Shown: positions 1 to 13,540 of the stretch, one piece after another
Layout of the letters: the number at the start of each line of letters is the position of its first letter
Position numbering within the stretch: position 1 is the stretch's first letter
Assembly (NCBI GenBank): GCA_964035545.1
Contig: OZ037766.1
Coordinates: forward strand, 13,072,722-13,136,721
From: Bugula neritina
Taxonomy: Eukaryota > Animalia > Bryozoa
DNA: 64,000 nt
Direction: 5' to 3'
The notes under the pieces: model-generated
Told to the model about the DNA's origin: nothing
Databases searched by the model: none
Seen by the model: only the letters and a program-made list of their open reading frames with translations
Made by a program: the position numbers and the translations under genes

Positions 1-200
1 GCTGCTAGTGAAACTGAGTGAGAGTGAGAGGGTGAGAGAGTTAGACTGAGTGAGAGTGAGCTAGTGAGACTAAGTAGACTAGTGAGAGTGAGTAAGAGTG
101 ATACTGAGTGAACTAGCAAAAGCGAGCTAGTGAGAGTTAGACTAAAAGAGATAGTGAGACTGAGCGAGATTAAGGTAGTGAAACTAATAGAAAATGAGAG
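1..200. repeat. Degenerate hexamer low-complexity tract (AGTGAG/ACTGAG) inside an SNX14 intron
   Basis: gagtgagagtgag / gactgagtgagagtgag / ctagtgagac units read directly. Confidence 0.8.
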
Positions 201-409
201 AAACATTATATAAGCAAAACTGTCCACTATCTAGACTCTAGAACCTAGAGCTATCACAGTATGATACCACTACCACTTCGTACAAGTCAATAACAGTGCC
301 AAAGGTCATATGGAAACTACAGCGTGTCATAATGATAATCTATATGAGGTAAAAATATCTCATTTATCTGAAGGTATCTGAATGACTAGTATGTGTGATA
401 TCTACTCAC

Positions 410-3400
410 ATCAGTCAGGGCTGCGTCAACTTTCTTTGGGACTGTTAGATTGTTCCAGGGTTGAAATGCATCTGTACTGGCTTGAGTTCTAGAAGCAGAT
501 ATGAGTATTGATCACAAGACTGACTTCCTTTTAAACATGTATCCAGATTTCAAAAAAGTCCACAGGAGGAAAACTTCCATTATGAAAGCAGTTAGTAAAA
601 TGATATTAGGGACCAGTGATGAGCTGGTATTCATGCAGATAATACAGTCAAAGCGATTGACTGAGAAGCGCTATAGATGCAAGAATATTGGTGAAATTAT
701 ACAATTTTCAAATATGTCAGGATATTATTAAATTTCAATAAAACGACCACATCCTATGTTTGTTCAGAAATACCATGTCCCTAATGACAGCAGATGTAAC
801 TAGCTATTACTATGTTTAAAATACAACTAAGAGGCCAGCTTGCATCAACTAAACTAAAGATTTGACTAATTGAAACTACGGTTAAAATTAGTAGCTGAAA
901 CTACAACTTTAACAAAATCAATTTCTATCAAAATATGGGCAGCAGAATGTCTCATCTTAGCTTTAGAGTTTAAATACTAAATGAAAACTACTTCAAAAAA
1001 ACTCATTCAAATAACTGCTGCTAGAAATAAGGGGCAAAAACCTGTGCGTCTTAGTTCACAGTGAGTGGGTGGTAAGAATGGTTGACTAATTATTCTCTCA
1101 AATATCTTGCCACATAAAAAACAAGTTGAAGTCACATAATACGATACACCTCTGCATATGCAAAACGTTGATCTAGCACGCTAACTGTGAATAGCCCACA
1201 GACTACGTGCTACAGATGATGGTAGCATATGTAAGCATAACTCTAAGAGTGGCAACTTGCCAAACTTACACATGTAGATGGCAACCTGACTTCTTACAAG
1301 CTATGCACACCTCTCCACTCTCCTTTGCCTTGCTGGCTGTGTCTGGGACACTCTGAAAAATGATCTCATAGTATAATGTGTATACTTACTAGCAAGGGTT
1401 ATTGATAAAGGGATGATTAGAGATGGGTAGAGCAATCTAAGTTGTTCAGGCCTTGGCAAAACCTTTCTAGAATTGTAATTTGTAATTTTATTGCTTTGAG
1501 TATTGCAGTAAAGCAAATAACGAACTATCCAGCTGTAGCACACAATATACAGTAGCACAGTATATACAGTAGCACAGTATATACAGTAGCATATTATATA
1601 CAGTAGCACATTATGTACAGTAGCATATTATATACAGTAGCACACAATATACAGCAGCACACAATATACAGTAGCACACTATATACAGCAGCACATTAGG
1701 CTATATACATAGCAATCTGTGTGAAATCTATTCCTTTTATTACTCATAAAGCAGAATCAAATACGAATCTGAACTTCCAATAGTTGGTCAAAGTCAATTT
1801 TGTATGCAGAGACAGTATAGGCATATAATTGATATTTATGAACACATTTTAGTTTTAGACTAATAGCATAACTTTAAACTAATTTAAATGGCACTTTTGA
1901 TATTTTGGCTAAAAAACAGCTCAATTAAAAAATTCAAGTATGATGTCATCAAAAGCCATTGTTTTATAACTAATGCTATGAATTTGAATAATATGATGAA
2001 CAATAAGGTAGGGTGCTAGCAGTAGAGATAATCGTTATCTCATTGCCTTACAATAGTCACATACAAGTTTAACATCCTTTAGGCAAACTCTCACGAGACT
2101 ATGTCTTTGCTGAATAGCAGCTATCACTGGCTTATAAAGAAGCATATTGGATATTGATTAAGTGGGTCTAGTGCATTTAATAGAAAAGGATTAAATCTGT
2201 GGTTCATGAGTGAGGCAGGCACATTCTCCTCTGGAAGTAAACCACTCATTACTTCCGTAATACATCAATTCTGCTACTGACCTTGTGTGATTGGCATTTG
2301 GAGATTGGTGTGGAAGTACCGAGCTGAGATGTTGTGTTATGCCGCCATCTACAAAAAAAGCATTTCCAAATAAGTGCTATGGGTATGCTAAGAGCCCAAA
2401 TACCACCGACAGCTCTGAAAGAAGTCCTCATCAAGTTCATAGCAGAGCACAAGTAACAATTGTGAGTTCATAAAAATGATGTTACAAAACTTGCAATAGA
2501 ATTGTTCACCGTTCTACTATTGTGAACTAAGCATATCAGTAGTTGGCCCATTGCCAACTATACTGTAACTATACTATAACTATACTATACTTATACTGTT
2601 TTGTTATAAAACAAAGCTATTCTACACTATTATGAATACAACATAAATGCCACTAGCTCTGTAATGTAGATTAGTCATTTTAACCTTTGATATTGCAGGT
2701 ATCAACCACTAATTTATTTACATAAGCCCAATATATTTGTGACTAGCCTATGCCTTGACAGAATCAGTTAAATGGGCAAACACATTTCTGGTAGCTTGAA
2801 CCATTTCAGTTGCTGAAAAAATTGTTTCTAATTACATATAGATAACCTAGACTTACATATCTTGCAAATGGTAAAAATAGCTGCATATAACCCCTACTTG
2901 TCTTGTTTACTCTGTGAATGGACACCTTAAACAATGATTATGTCTATCTAGATTTTGGAGTCTATCATGAAATTTGCCGTGATAGATATTATATTCACAC
3001 AATAATCACAGACTTGATCGACCCTTCATTATGCAGTATGTACGTGATGTATAGCGCTGTGTACACAACGAGTGCATACTAGTACGTGCTGGGACATTGA
3101 GTCAACACAAGTATAATTGCTGATGGATAAAAACAAAGTGAATGATTGCCAGGTTATATAAGACTACATTCACCCACATATTGATTGATTAACAGCTATT
3201 CATTATCACAGGTTTTTGTAAGTACTTGTAGTGAAGCAAGAGAGAAAACATTGGATAGCCTACATTAAAACATTGATTCACAAAACTCTGGTTAGAGAAT
3301 GCCATGATGAACGTGTAATATGCACGCAGGATACTTCCATTTTATAATCGCATATGGAAATATGAAGCAGCAATAAGGGTTGAGGTGTTACTAGGAGAAT

Positions 3401-4483
3401 GAAGAGATGCTTACTGTCCCAGCACTTACATGTTGTAAGCATTAAGAAAAATCCCAACAATTTTTTACCAACTTTTAAAGCTGCTGTAAGATACTCTTAT
3501 ACTATTGAAAAAACTTCAGATTTACACGTATTATGAAACTAAAGAAATGTTAATTAGATTATAACTAAATGCATGATATAGGCCAACAAAAATGTCATGA
3601 ATACATTGTGCCCTTTTAAATAACGTTGGATGCATTCATTTATTTAAGTTATGTAACGTTTCAGTATATCTTTAACTTTTCTAGTTACTGTTTAGTACAT
3701 AGAAAACTATGTTGGTGAAAACCAACAAGTGCTAAGGTGCGAAAGATCTTAAAAAAGCTAAAAGTTGAGCAGATAGTTGAAAGAAGCATTAATTACATCA
3801 CATCTATTTATCAATATCATGAATGCCAAGTCTTAACAATGACACTTATAAAATGTGACACTTACTTTATTAGGTGAAAAGATGTGAATGACCCAAGACC
3901 ACCAATCCACAATATTAGCAGTGCAAAAGAGATGCTGTAAGAGAAAAGACTTAAGTGTGGTTATCCAATTATCTTAATATTCTTAAAATTTTCTTTTCCT
4001 GTACATTGAGGGAAAAAAAGTAAAAATTCCTAATAAACAAAACAAGCTATTAAAATAACCATTATAAGAATTACAATATGTGTTGAGCAAAATACATACT
4101 TTGGTCAAACAAAACTCAACCAAGTTGCATACATGTATTGCTAAATTGCTTAATAAGTTGCAGAACATCTACTGAATTGTTGAGAATATTAATATTTCAC
4201 CTTTATTGCAAAATTTAGTTTAGCTTTTTTTTTCAACTCTAGTTTTAAATTTTTGTTTGAGATGCGTCGTCCTCACTTTAAGGACAAACAACTATTTATG
4301 TTACAAATGTATGCTAAAACTGAGATCAAGGCACTTGTATTAATATGGCCGTAAACAGTTTGCTAGTTCATCACCCTACCTGTGTAAGATCACTGATATG
4401 CCTAGAACAGCCCCAAACACAGCTGACCATGCTTTCAAATCAAACTCGTGCCATGGTATCAATACTTCGTTGGTTATAGGCAT
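410..4483 (-). CDS. SNX14: Sorting nexin-14, 5' part (4 coding exons; gene runs off the left edge)
   Basis: Exons 4483-4380, 2414-2282, 1352-1270, 488-410; all GT-AG with compatible phases (2,0,2,0). Translation: two N-terminal hydrophobic segments (AWSAVFGAVLGISVILH; AVGGIWALSIPIALIW), then CIACKKSGCHLH and FQPWNNLTVPKKVDAALTD, matching SNX14 CAVCGKVKCKRH...YQPWLDLKISSKVDASLSE at the PXA start. Acceptor at 4511-4512 and donor near 5444 imply a 5' UTR exon. Confidence 0.85.
1530..1700. repeat. Minisatellite, ~18-20 bp unit (tacagtagcacac/tata), about 9 copies, in an SNX14 intron
   Basis: Tandem tatacagtagcaca... units read directly; they generate the spurious ORF 1301-1609. Confidence 0.85.
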
Positions 4484-5444
4484 AGCTAAGCTTCATTTTA
4501 ATAATGAAAACTGCAACAAAAAAATTATCAGCAATTTTACCCACAATCAGTACGAGTATTGTACCTAGAACTATATCATAAACTCTTCATTCATAATTAA
4601 GAAATATTTCTGGTGAATCAATTGTTAACTTTCACCTAAGCAAAGAGGCTAATTTCCTTGCCAGAGCAAAACTGCAAAGTTCAAAAACACAACCAAATTA
4701 CTCGATATCCACAATCAACATGTAATACTTTGAGCTTTGAGTGAACATTTGTTAGAGACATGCGAGATATGCTGTGCTCCATGAAGATATTTGCTCTAAT
4801 CACTAATGTTTATCAATAAACACTTATACCGGCAGCATCATTTTGACGTCTTGAGTTAGAGCACTCTAACTCAGTAACTCACGGTGCTGTAAGACTAACA
4901 GTAACTGACTCTGAGTACAGTAAAAGTGACATTAACCTTGCAACTTGCAAGGGTTAATCGTTCAGAGTTAGAATCACTCCTGTCTCTTACTCTTAAAGTT
5001 ACTAGTTACTAGCTAATCATAGTGTAACACTAACAGACAACAGTTGACTTGTGTAACACCAACAGTAACAGTTCCTAAGTCTAAGTGTATCACATTCTGA
5101 TTCACTGTGAATGTGACTGCAAGTGTAAGTGTATGAGTGTATCAGTTACACTTTGACTTAAAGTTAGTGTTACAGACCGTAAGATTAAGTATTACTATTA
5201 CTAGTAATAATAATTAAATTATTATCATTATTCATATTATTATTATATTTATAATTTATTATTTATAATATTAATTATTTAATAACTTAAATTACTTATA
5301 ATTATATTTATAATATTATTCATAATGATAATGGTATTATAAATATAATTATTATTATAAATCATAATCTAACTTTATATTACGGTTGGCATTACATCCC
5401 CAATAAAAAAGCCATATGTGTCCTGAACAATAATTTTTTGTTAC

Positions 5445-5865
5445 CTTAACAGGACTTGTGAGCTGAGACACTTGCCACTATTTGAATTAACTATTTAACT
5501 TGCACTGGCTTTAGAAAATCTCAGAGGAAACAACTCTATGTTGAAACGTTTATTTCATAGCCTCAAAACACTGGTGCTACAAAATCGGCATTACGTATGA
5601 GCTGCAGTGTGCATAATATAGGTACACATGTAGAACATCATAAAAAACCCGATTGGTTACACAGTTGAAGTTTTGGCTAAAGTAAAACTCTTTAGTAGAA
5701 GGAGCATGAATAAGTGGAAGCTTACAAATCATCAAAGTGGTCGTGGTCGTATTCATTGAAAATATTTGTTCCCACACTCACGTACACCAAAACTACAAAT
5801 CTTACTTTACAGCTATATTTAATTTTATTTTTGCATACTGCCTTAATTTTTTATTACACATTATC
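5445..5865. promoter_or_regulatory. Putative bidirectional promoter, SNX14 / PMM
   Basis: Head-to-head geometry: inferred SNX14 5' UTR donor at ~5444 and PMM ATG at 5866, ~420 bp apart. Confidence 0.55.
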
Positions 5866-8634
5866 ATGCCTCCAAAACATGCTTCAAAATTATTCATTTT
5901 TGACATCGACGGAACGCTGACTGCATCTAGAAAGGTATCTACTATCTTATTACTATTAACTATAACTCTATAAGTATTAGTATAACTATTGATGATTAAA
6001 TGAACTTTTACTATTAGTATATTGCTATTAGTTTTACTATTAGTATTAGTATTACTATTAGTGTTACTATTAGTAATACTAATAGTATTTCCTCTGACTC
6101 TGAGTTCTGACCATCAGAAAAACTAAATAATAAATTAGCAAATCACTAAAAGTAAATCAGTAAATCACTAAATGTAATAGTAATACTAATAGTAATACTA
6201 ATGCTGTGTAACTGTAATGTGTAATGTTATTAGTATTACTAAACGTAATATTAATATTGTAAAACTGGGCTTAAATGGTAAGAACTATGCTAAAGACCAC
6301 GTTGTTATACTTATTGTATTCCACTGATTATTTAAATTTATTGTAATCATTATTATATTTAATTTTATTATAGGTTATCGTTATAATTATGACTGTATAT
6401 TTTATTGCTATTGTAAGAAGTTACAAAGTGAAATTGAAGATTTAGATATGAAATCAAAATATTAATTTTTCAGAGTGAAAGTGTGATTATAAGTACAATA
6501 ATATTGGAATGGTTTTAGAAAATAACTCCTGATATGGAAGAATTTATGAGCAAGGTTACAGAAGAAGTGACAGTGGTGCTAGTTGGTGGCTCTGATTTTG
6601 TTAAAATCAATGAACAACTGAATGGTCAGGCTTTGGTCAAATATGAATATGTTTTTTCTGAAAATGGATTGGTTTATCATCGAAACGGAGAGCTTGTAGC
6701 TACCAAGGTACCTTCACACTGATGTTTGGTAATGAGATGTTGCCATAGTGATAGCTCTTTTTTTAATGCCAGTTAATCAAACTTTGCTGTCCTAATTTCT
6801 ATTAATGCGAAGGCATCAATTTTTATGACTGCTTTTTTAATTGATGCATGTGAATTTTGCCATTCATATAATATTTTTGTAGTCAATACGCACAAATTGC
6901 AATTGTAGCGTATTTCGACAGTGCTGCACATAATTTTTTTAACCATTCACATTTTCTACTGAAAACTTTAAGTAAAATATAGTTTAAATTAAAATTTTCA
7001 TCAAGTTTTTATGTTAACATTTATATTTTAGAGTATCCAGGAACATATGGGTAATGAAAAGCTACAAAACTTTATTAACTTTGCTCTTAAATATATGTCA
7101 GAGTTGACATTGCCATGTAAAAGGTAAGCACTTAATTTCACACTTCTGCATTCTTTATTCTGTTTTCATATACCAAGTATTAGCATTTATTTTCACTCAT
7201 TTATATTATAAAGGATAGTGCTAGCACTCAGTGGGGTCTGTGTTTACACAGCTCTAGTAAAGATGCACTTCAACTACCTATTGAATTTGTTATGTGTATA
7301 AAGTTTTTTAACTAATTAATATAAAAAGTATGTTAGATATCAATCAAATTTGTCCATATTTACCATATATAGTTTAAGGATAGTAATGTCACTGCATCGT
7401 ATGTCATATTTTAGAGGTACTTTCATAGAGTTCCGAAAGGGCATGCTAAATGTATGTCCCGTGGGGAGAAGCTGCTCTCAAGAAGAGCGAGATGAATTCG
7501 GTGAATATGATAAGGTACTTTCTAGGCAGCATACTGACAGTTACAAGTATTTTATATCATAGATAACTGTTATGCAGCGAGTTATTTCTGAAATTACCTG
7601 GAAGAGAGTTTTTTTAGGCATATTCTGTTGAAAGCCTTAGTACCAAAAATTGGGCTCTATGTGTCACTTTTTGATTTCTTGGTTTATGTTTTCAGTGTCA
7701 TGAGTTTAAGTAGAAAACTTATATTGATGCTTACATGCAATCTAGGTATGTAGTTGACTTTTTACAGGTTCATCATATTAGAGAGAAGTTTGTGGCAGAG
7801 TTGAGAAAGCAGTTTCCTGATATGGGGCTGGTATACAGTATAGGTGGGTTATTTGTAGTTATAATACATTTCCTGTAAATGAATGGGCATAACTAAAAAA
7901 TTGTTTCTCTCAATTAATATATTCTAATAGGACTGATTTTATTTGCAGGTGGTCAGATAAGCTTTGATGTTTTCCCTGAGGGTTGGGATAAGAGGTATTG
8001 TCTTCAGCATCTGTTCACAGAAGGGAACTCTTTTACCGAAGTGCATTTCTTTGGCGATAAAACCTTCCCAGTAAGTCATTTATTATTGGATTATAGTAAA
8101 TAGAAATATTGCCAGCTGAGAAAAAACTCTTATAACTATAAACTAATGGAAATATTACAGCGAGATGTGACAATTTTATCTTTAGCTTTTAAATACTATT
8201 GAATATTTAACCTGTTATGGTAAAATGTGAACCACAAACTTGGTATGCTTGTCTAAAATTTGTGACAATTATAGGACCAAAATGGAGCGTGCATTTGAAC
8301 AATGTTTTACAATATAAAGTACAGTAATGAGTAGAGTGTGAACGCTTTATGTAAAACTGTTCCGAAATTCACTGCATAAAATTTAAAAACAATTTTTTAT
8401 AAATCTCATTAACAGTCCACAGGCTAGTAAACACCACCGTAAAGGCCAAAATAAAACTTGTTGCAGAATTCTTTAACAGAATTAGCCAAACTTCAAGTAA
8501 TACATAGGTTTTACTTGGTTTGTTTACAGGGAGGGAACGATCATGAGATTTTTACAGATTCCAGAGTAATTGGCCACACTGTCACAAGTCCTGAAGATAC
8601 CAGGAAACAGCTTACAGATATGCTGTTTCCTTAA
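5866..8634 (+). CDS. PMM2: Phosphomannomutase (HAD family, PMM1/PMM2 co-ortholog), 7 exons, 250 aa
   Basis: Exons 5866-5934, 6519-6707, 7032-7123, 7415-7514, 7768-7843, 7949-8070, 8530-8634 (753 nt). Motifs FDIDGTLT (DxDGT), [59 protein letters not shown]. Confidence 0.97.
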
Positions 8635-9680
8635 TTATACTGCATTTTTAGGAAATTGATAGTTTAACAGCTTTTCGAAAATTTTATGCTATAGTTTATC
8701 TGAATCGCCATCACTTCTCTCAATCTTATTTCATTTATAAAGTATCTTGTTATATGCTTTGTAGTTAGTTATAAGATGTTTTATATTATTAGCGCAAATA
8801 TGACCTTAGCAAAATAAGCAAACCCAACGTAGTTCACACATTTTGTTTTCAAAATGCTTTCTTCAATATTTTTGACAATCTTTTCTACTTGTCAAGTCCA
8901 TACTGTTGCTTTTACTATGTTATTTTATCATGATTTATTATTTAGAACATAGGCCATCATTAGTAGAAGGATTGTTAAGAAAACCACTTTCTTCCAAAAT
9001 ACTATTAGCTTTTCGCCCTTTATGTATGCATTTATTTCATTAAAAAGAGAGGGATGGCACTTATGCAACTTACTGTATTGATTTAACCAACTGTGTTGCA
9101 CAATATTTTGACATAAATATACCTGAAACTAGTTTTAATGAAAGACCATGACAGCCAATTGTGAGAAATACCATTATGTTTTGTAATTCGTGTTAGAGAA
9201 AACTGCTACTCTGTCAAGCTTTTAGATCTTGGCAACTGGTTTTGCCTGATAAATTTTCAATATAGATTTTGATAAGTGCCATCGTAACTTTAGTCTCCTC
9301 ATAGAATCTCACAGATAGTGCTTATGCTTTTTACCACAATAAGTAACAAATATACTATTAGGTGAAGATGTTTTTAATAATCATGATTTATTCTAGCAAA
9401 ATACTAGAAAAAGCTATGTTCATATTATTACTCTATAAAATATATTAGAAAATATTATTTGTATAAAACCCCATAACTGGTTATTTTACATTGGTAATCC
9501 ACCTAGTAATCATTAGTAATTATAAATTAAAGGGTGAAGTAGGGGAATATAATTGGCAATCAAACAATATTTTTTATCTAGTGACCACATTTACTAAATC
9601 ATAATGTAAGAATTTTCTAAATCATCTAGTGCATTTTAGAGCTCAACAAATTTAGAGGAAGTGCTGAAAAGTTGCAAAAT

Positions 9681-10694
9681 TTATTGCACAGTTGATCCAT
9701 CCCATCGGTGATGAATTTCACCTTCTTTTAAATGAGTAATCTTCACATGTACAGCTTGATAGCTTTCATTCTTTGGAGGAATTAATATCTTTTGGAAGGT
9801 TACTTCATCACCTTTTATAGGTATAAATTCACCTTCTACACTGTAAAATATTTCAATACCTGTTTAATAGCAAAGTTAACCAGATTTTGACGGTGAATAC
9901 TAAAAAAATTGGTCATGTCACTGTTCCCTAATTTTAAAAGATAAACTAACATTTATTAATGTATGTACATAATGGAAAATTCTAAATTATTAAAATAGGT
10001 CCATCAAGTAAACCATCATGTAAAACACCATAAAAGGAGATGTTAATACGTCTTGTTGGTAGCAAATTTATTATCAAGTTGAAGCTTGTGTTTATAAGAG
10101 ATAATTGAAGAGAAGAAAACCAAGCAAATGTAGGCTTATAGTGAGCACTCAAATAATTATTTTAAAATATATTCCAATATAATTATGATAAAAAATGACA
10201 AACTTACTCAGATATATGTACGAACAGATCTGATTCCCCTTCACTTGGCATAATAAAGCCATGGCCCTTCTCCCGGCAAAACTCTTTAATGGTGCCATTC
10301 AATCGTGGTGATTTTGCGGCTAATTCAGTGCTAAAATGTCAATAGAAAATAAATATAACCTTAAATTTTGTGCCTTTTTTTTCGGTTTGGACAAATGATT
10401 TTATTATAAGGTCACTAAAACACTGCTACTTTTAATGGAACCATTTATTTTGAAAGTCATGACAAAGCATAGGAATTGTCTTTCCTATGCACAAGTGTAC
10501 AATAGTCTATAATAGCCTATCCTGAAAACATTATAACTATTGGCATTGCTTCAGAACAATCCCATTATTAAAATGTTAGATTATCTTAAAGCTTGGCTTG
10601 AAGATACTTACACTGATATAGTTCTTTGTCTTCTATTAGTGTAAGGTGAAGGTATTATAAAAGTACCATCAGATTTTTGTGCTTCATCACCCAT
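9681..10694 (-). CDS. CARHSP1: Cold-shock-domain protein of the CARHSP1/CSDC2 family, 3 coding exons, 121 aa
   Basis: Exons 10694-10612, 10330-10208, 9840-9681 (366 nt). PSPYTNRRQRTIS, FCREKGHGFI (RNP1), LFVHISDVEGEFIP (RNP2), GDEVTF, IPPKNE..QAVHVKITHL. Acceptor at 10698-10699 implies upstream UTR exon(s) near 13.2-13.6 kb. Confidence 0.95.
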
Positions 10695-11419
10695 ATTCTA
10701 TAAAAATCATAACAAAATATTTTCAAAATAATAATGAAGCAACTCAAAAAATATTTAAACTTGGTCGGGCTGATCCTCTTCAACATTTCATAATCTAATA
10801 GCATGCATTTATGGAGCTGAAGTCTTTTTGGTCATACTCTTTCCTAAATTACAAATATTTGATAGAAGTAGAGCTATATAGGCATATACTGCATATTGTA
10901 TAAACATATGTCCATAATTTGAACATACTAACTTCCAGTAAATCATCAAACCTGTGCCTTTTAAATTAGAACTAAGACTTCTAGTTGATATAGTATGCAT
11001 AGGCCTACTATAACTTTTCAATTGAATAAATTATTTGTTGTATATTTAGATTATACACAACCATTGGTTGGCAGAGTTATTCCTGCAGTAATACCCTTGT
11101 CATTGTACTACTGAATAATGATGCTTAAATCTCTACAAAAGCAATTTTGATGATAACAACCCAAATGTCAATAGTTACTTGAGTACGACATTAAGCTCAA
11201 GTGTTGATGAACAATATGGATATCGGATATATACTGAAAGTTAAAATATAGCCAAGAATTAAATGAGATCTTGTCCGCTTGCCTACAGCAGTAAAATAAA
11301 AAATACTGAAATCACATTCCTACTCATTCATTGCCCTGCTTTGTTCAATTGCCAAAAGATATGTGTTTGCTGTATTCAGTATTTTACTTAGTATTTACAC
11401 CTATAACTTTAAAATGAGC

Positions 11420-12175
11420 AACCAACACAGGGATGACCCTGGAAATGTGTCAACCTGTTGAACAACGTCTTACAGCAGCAACTTTTCCAAAATCACAATG
11501 TTGATGGCATCTCACCATGTCATCCAGTGAGGCATAGAAATACCAGATGGCTAAGCCAATTATCTCACTAAAAAACGAAAAGTCGGCAAGACCAGATGAA
11601 AGACATACACAATATAGCTGAGTGTTTCAGTCATATATATTGAGCCTCTATAAAATCTGGCAGACTACCTGACAAATGACAACTGGCAAATGTGACCCCA
11701 ATTCACAAAGGAGAAGAGGCCAACTAAGTGACCAATTACAAGCTTAGTTCCATTACATCAAAATCTTGTAAAATTCTCAAACACATAGTGATCTTGTCCC
11801 TTATAACATGCATAAACATGGATAGGTTTTTCTTCAACACAGAAAACATGAGCTTCACAAAGGCTTCTCCTATGAGACCCAGTTATGAGCCACTTCCAAA
11901 GATTTTGTCTTAAAGTTTAAAAAGGCTTTTGATGAAGTACCACATATCCTGCTGCTGCACAACCTAAGAACTATTCCTGCTCTAGACTCCTCCTGACATT
12001 CTAAGAAATTAAGCCTGCAATAATACCGATCTCCTAGTTGTGATGGGATCATTAACAACTGGTCAAACATAACTGTAGCCACTACAGCTTTGAGCAGAGG
12101 ACTGTTGAAATCACTATCTGCAAAGATGAATGTTTGCCACAGCAGCTTTCTTCCTCAAACAACAGATACTCCTAA
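11420..12175 (+). mobile_element. Highly degenerate, internally deleted CR1-group LINE relic in the CARHSP1 5' intron
   Basis: Fragments translate as ANVTPIHKG, NY....ITSKSCKILKHIV, FKKAFDEVPH and terminal HSSFLPQT, collinear with the RT of the LINE at 14.5-18.4 kb. Confidence 0.8.
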
Positions 12176-13540
12176 GTAGTAAGAAATAAGACTCACTGTT
12201 ATACTCCCCATTAGACACTGTTACATATGAGGCATTCATCTAGCATATTTTGTGGTAACTAAATGCTCCATTGACACAGAATGAGTGCATAGTGACTAAT
12301 TTGCTGTTCATAAGCATAGTCATACCGTCGACCAATATCAATATGATTATCATTATGCTATTTAATTTTATTTGTAAAATATTAACATTTACCTATCACT
12401 ATCATTTTTATTTTGGTATTTTCGGCATGTTACGTTTTACTTTTTAGCACATTCTGATTCTCTGACTTACAGAGTGAGACATAATTCAAATCACATTAAT
12501 TTTAAAGAGTTTTTATAACAACCTAAGCTTTTCTATTCTTTACTCACTAACACATCATAACATAAACACTTATTAACTCTTATGACTTATACTTATACTT
12601 ATAGTGATACAAGACCAAAGAACCAGTAATGAGTCACTCAGTAACTTACACTTTATTTTACTATTACCAAGAATCTTACAGTTACTGAGTAACCCACAAA
12701 CACTAACAGTAGCAGCAAGTGTAACATTAACTGTTACTCATTTAGTTAGTGTTACTCATGCTGATATTTATACTGATACTTGTAGTTAAATAGTGATAGT
12801 CATAGTCATACCCACTTACAGTTTAACTTACAGTTACTTACAGTTACTGTGTATCTATTTAAGCTACTAGTAGTACTATTAGTACTATTAGTACTAACTG
12901 CTAACACTAACAGTACTTTATTTCTAAGACTAAGAGTAAGACAGTAAGAGTATCCGTAACTGTAAGAGTAAGACGAAGATAGTAAGAGTATCAGTAACTC
13001 ACTAACTGTAAGAGTAAGACTAAGACAGTAAGAGTAATAGTAACACTAACTTAAACTGTAACACTTACACTAAGACTAACACTACAGTAAGTATAACACT
13101 AACAGTAACTCACAACTGTAAGACTAAGAGTAAGAGTCTGTCTTGCTATGATCAAATACTAATAGTAATAACGTTTAGTTTTCACGAGCACCTCATCTCA
13201 TGTATAGAACTGAAGATCCACCATGGCGAGAATTAAATAAAATAAAAATGAGACTAGAAATATGTAAATTAAACACAACAACCCTTGTTACAAATAACTA
13301 TCACTATGATCATGAGTATTACTATCAGTATCACTATGAGTGTGAATATCAGTATGACTATGAGACATGATGATGAAATTCAAATTGAATTAAATTTAAA
13401 ATTAATGTTTTGCCTTTGGTATCATTTAATTTTATCCAAGATTAACAGTAATATACCCAACTTAAACTATGTTATTGTTGGCAGATAATTATAATCATAT
13501 TACTACATCGATGTTAAATATGATAAGAATTCGGTACTCA

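Noticed and set aside
1301-1609. 102-aa ORF rich in Y/C/I/V
   Set aside because: Translation of a minisatellite overlapping an SNX14 exon in the wrong frame
3020-3485. Hydrophobic exon-like pieces in SNX14 intron 1
   Set aside because: In-frame stops or incompatible phase; the SNX14 model closes without them
13198-13200. Selenocysteine UGA upstream of CARHSP1
   Set aside because: No SECIS recognised, no redox motif, and the family is not known as selenoproteins; kept only as a uORF
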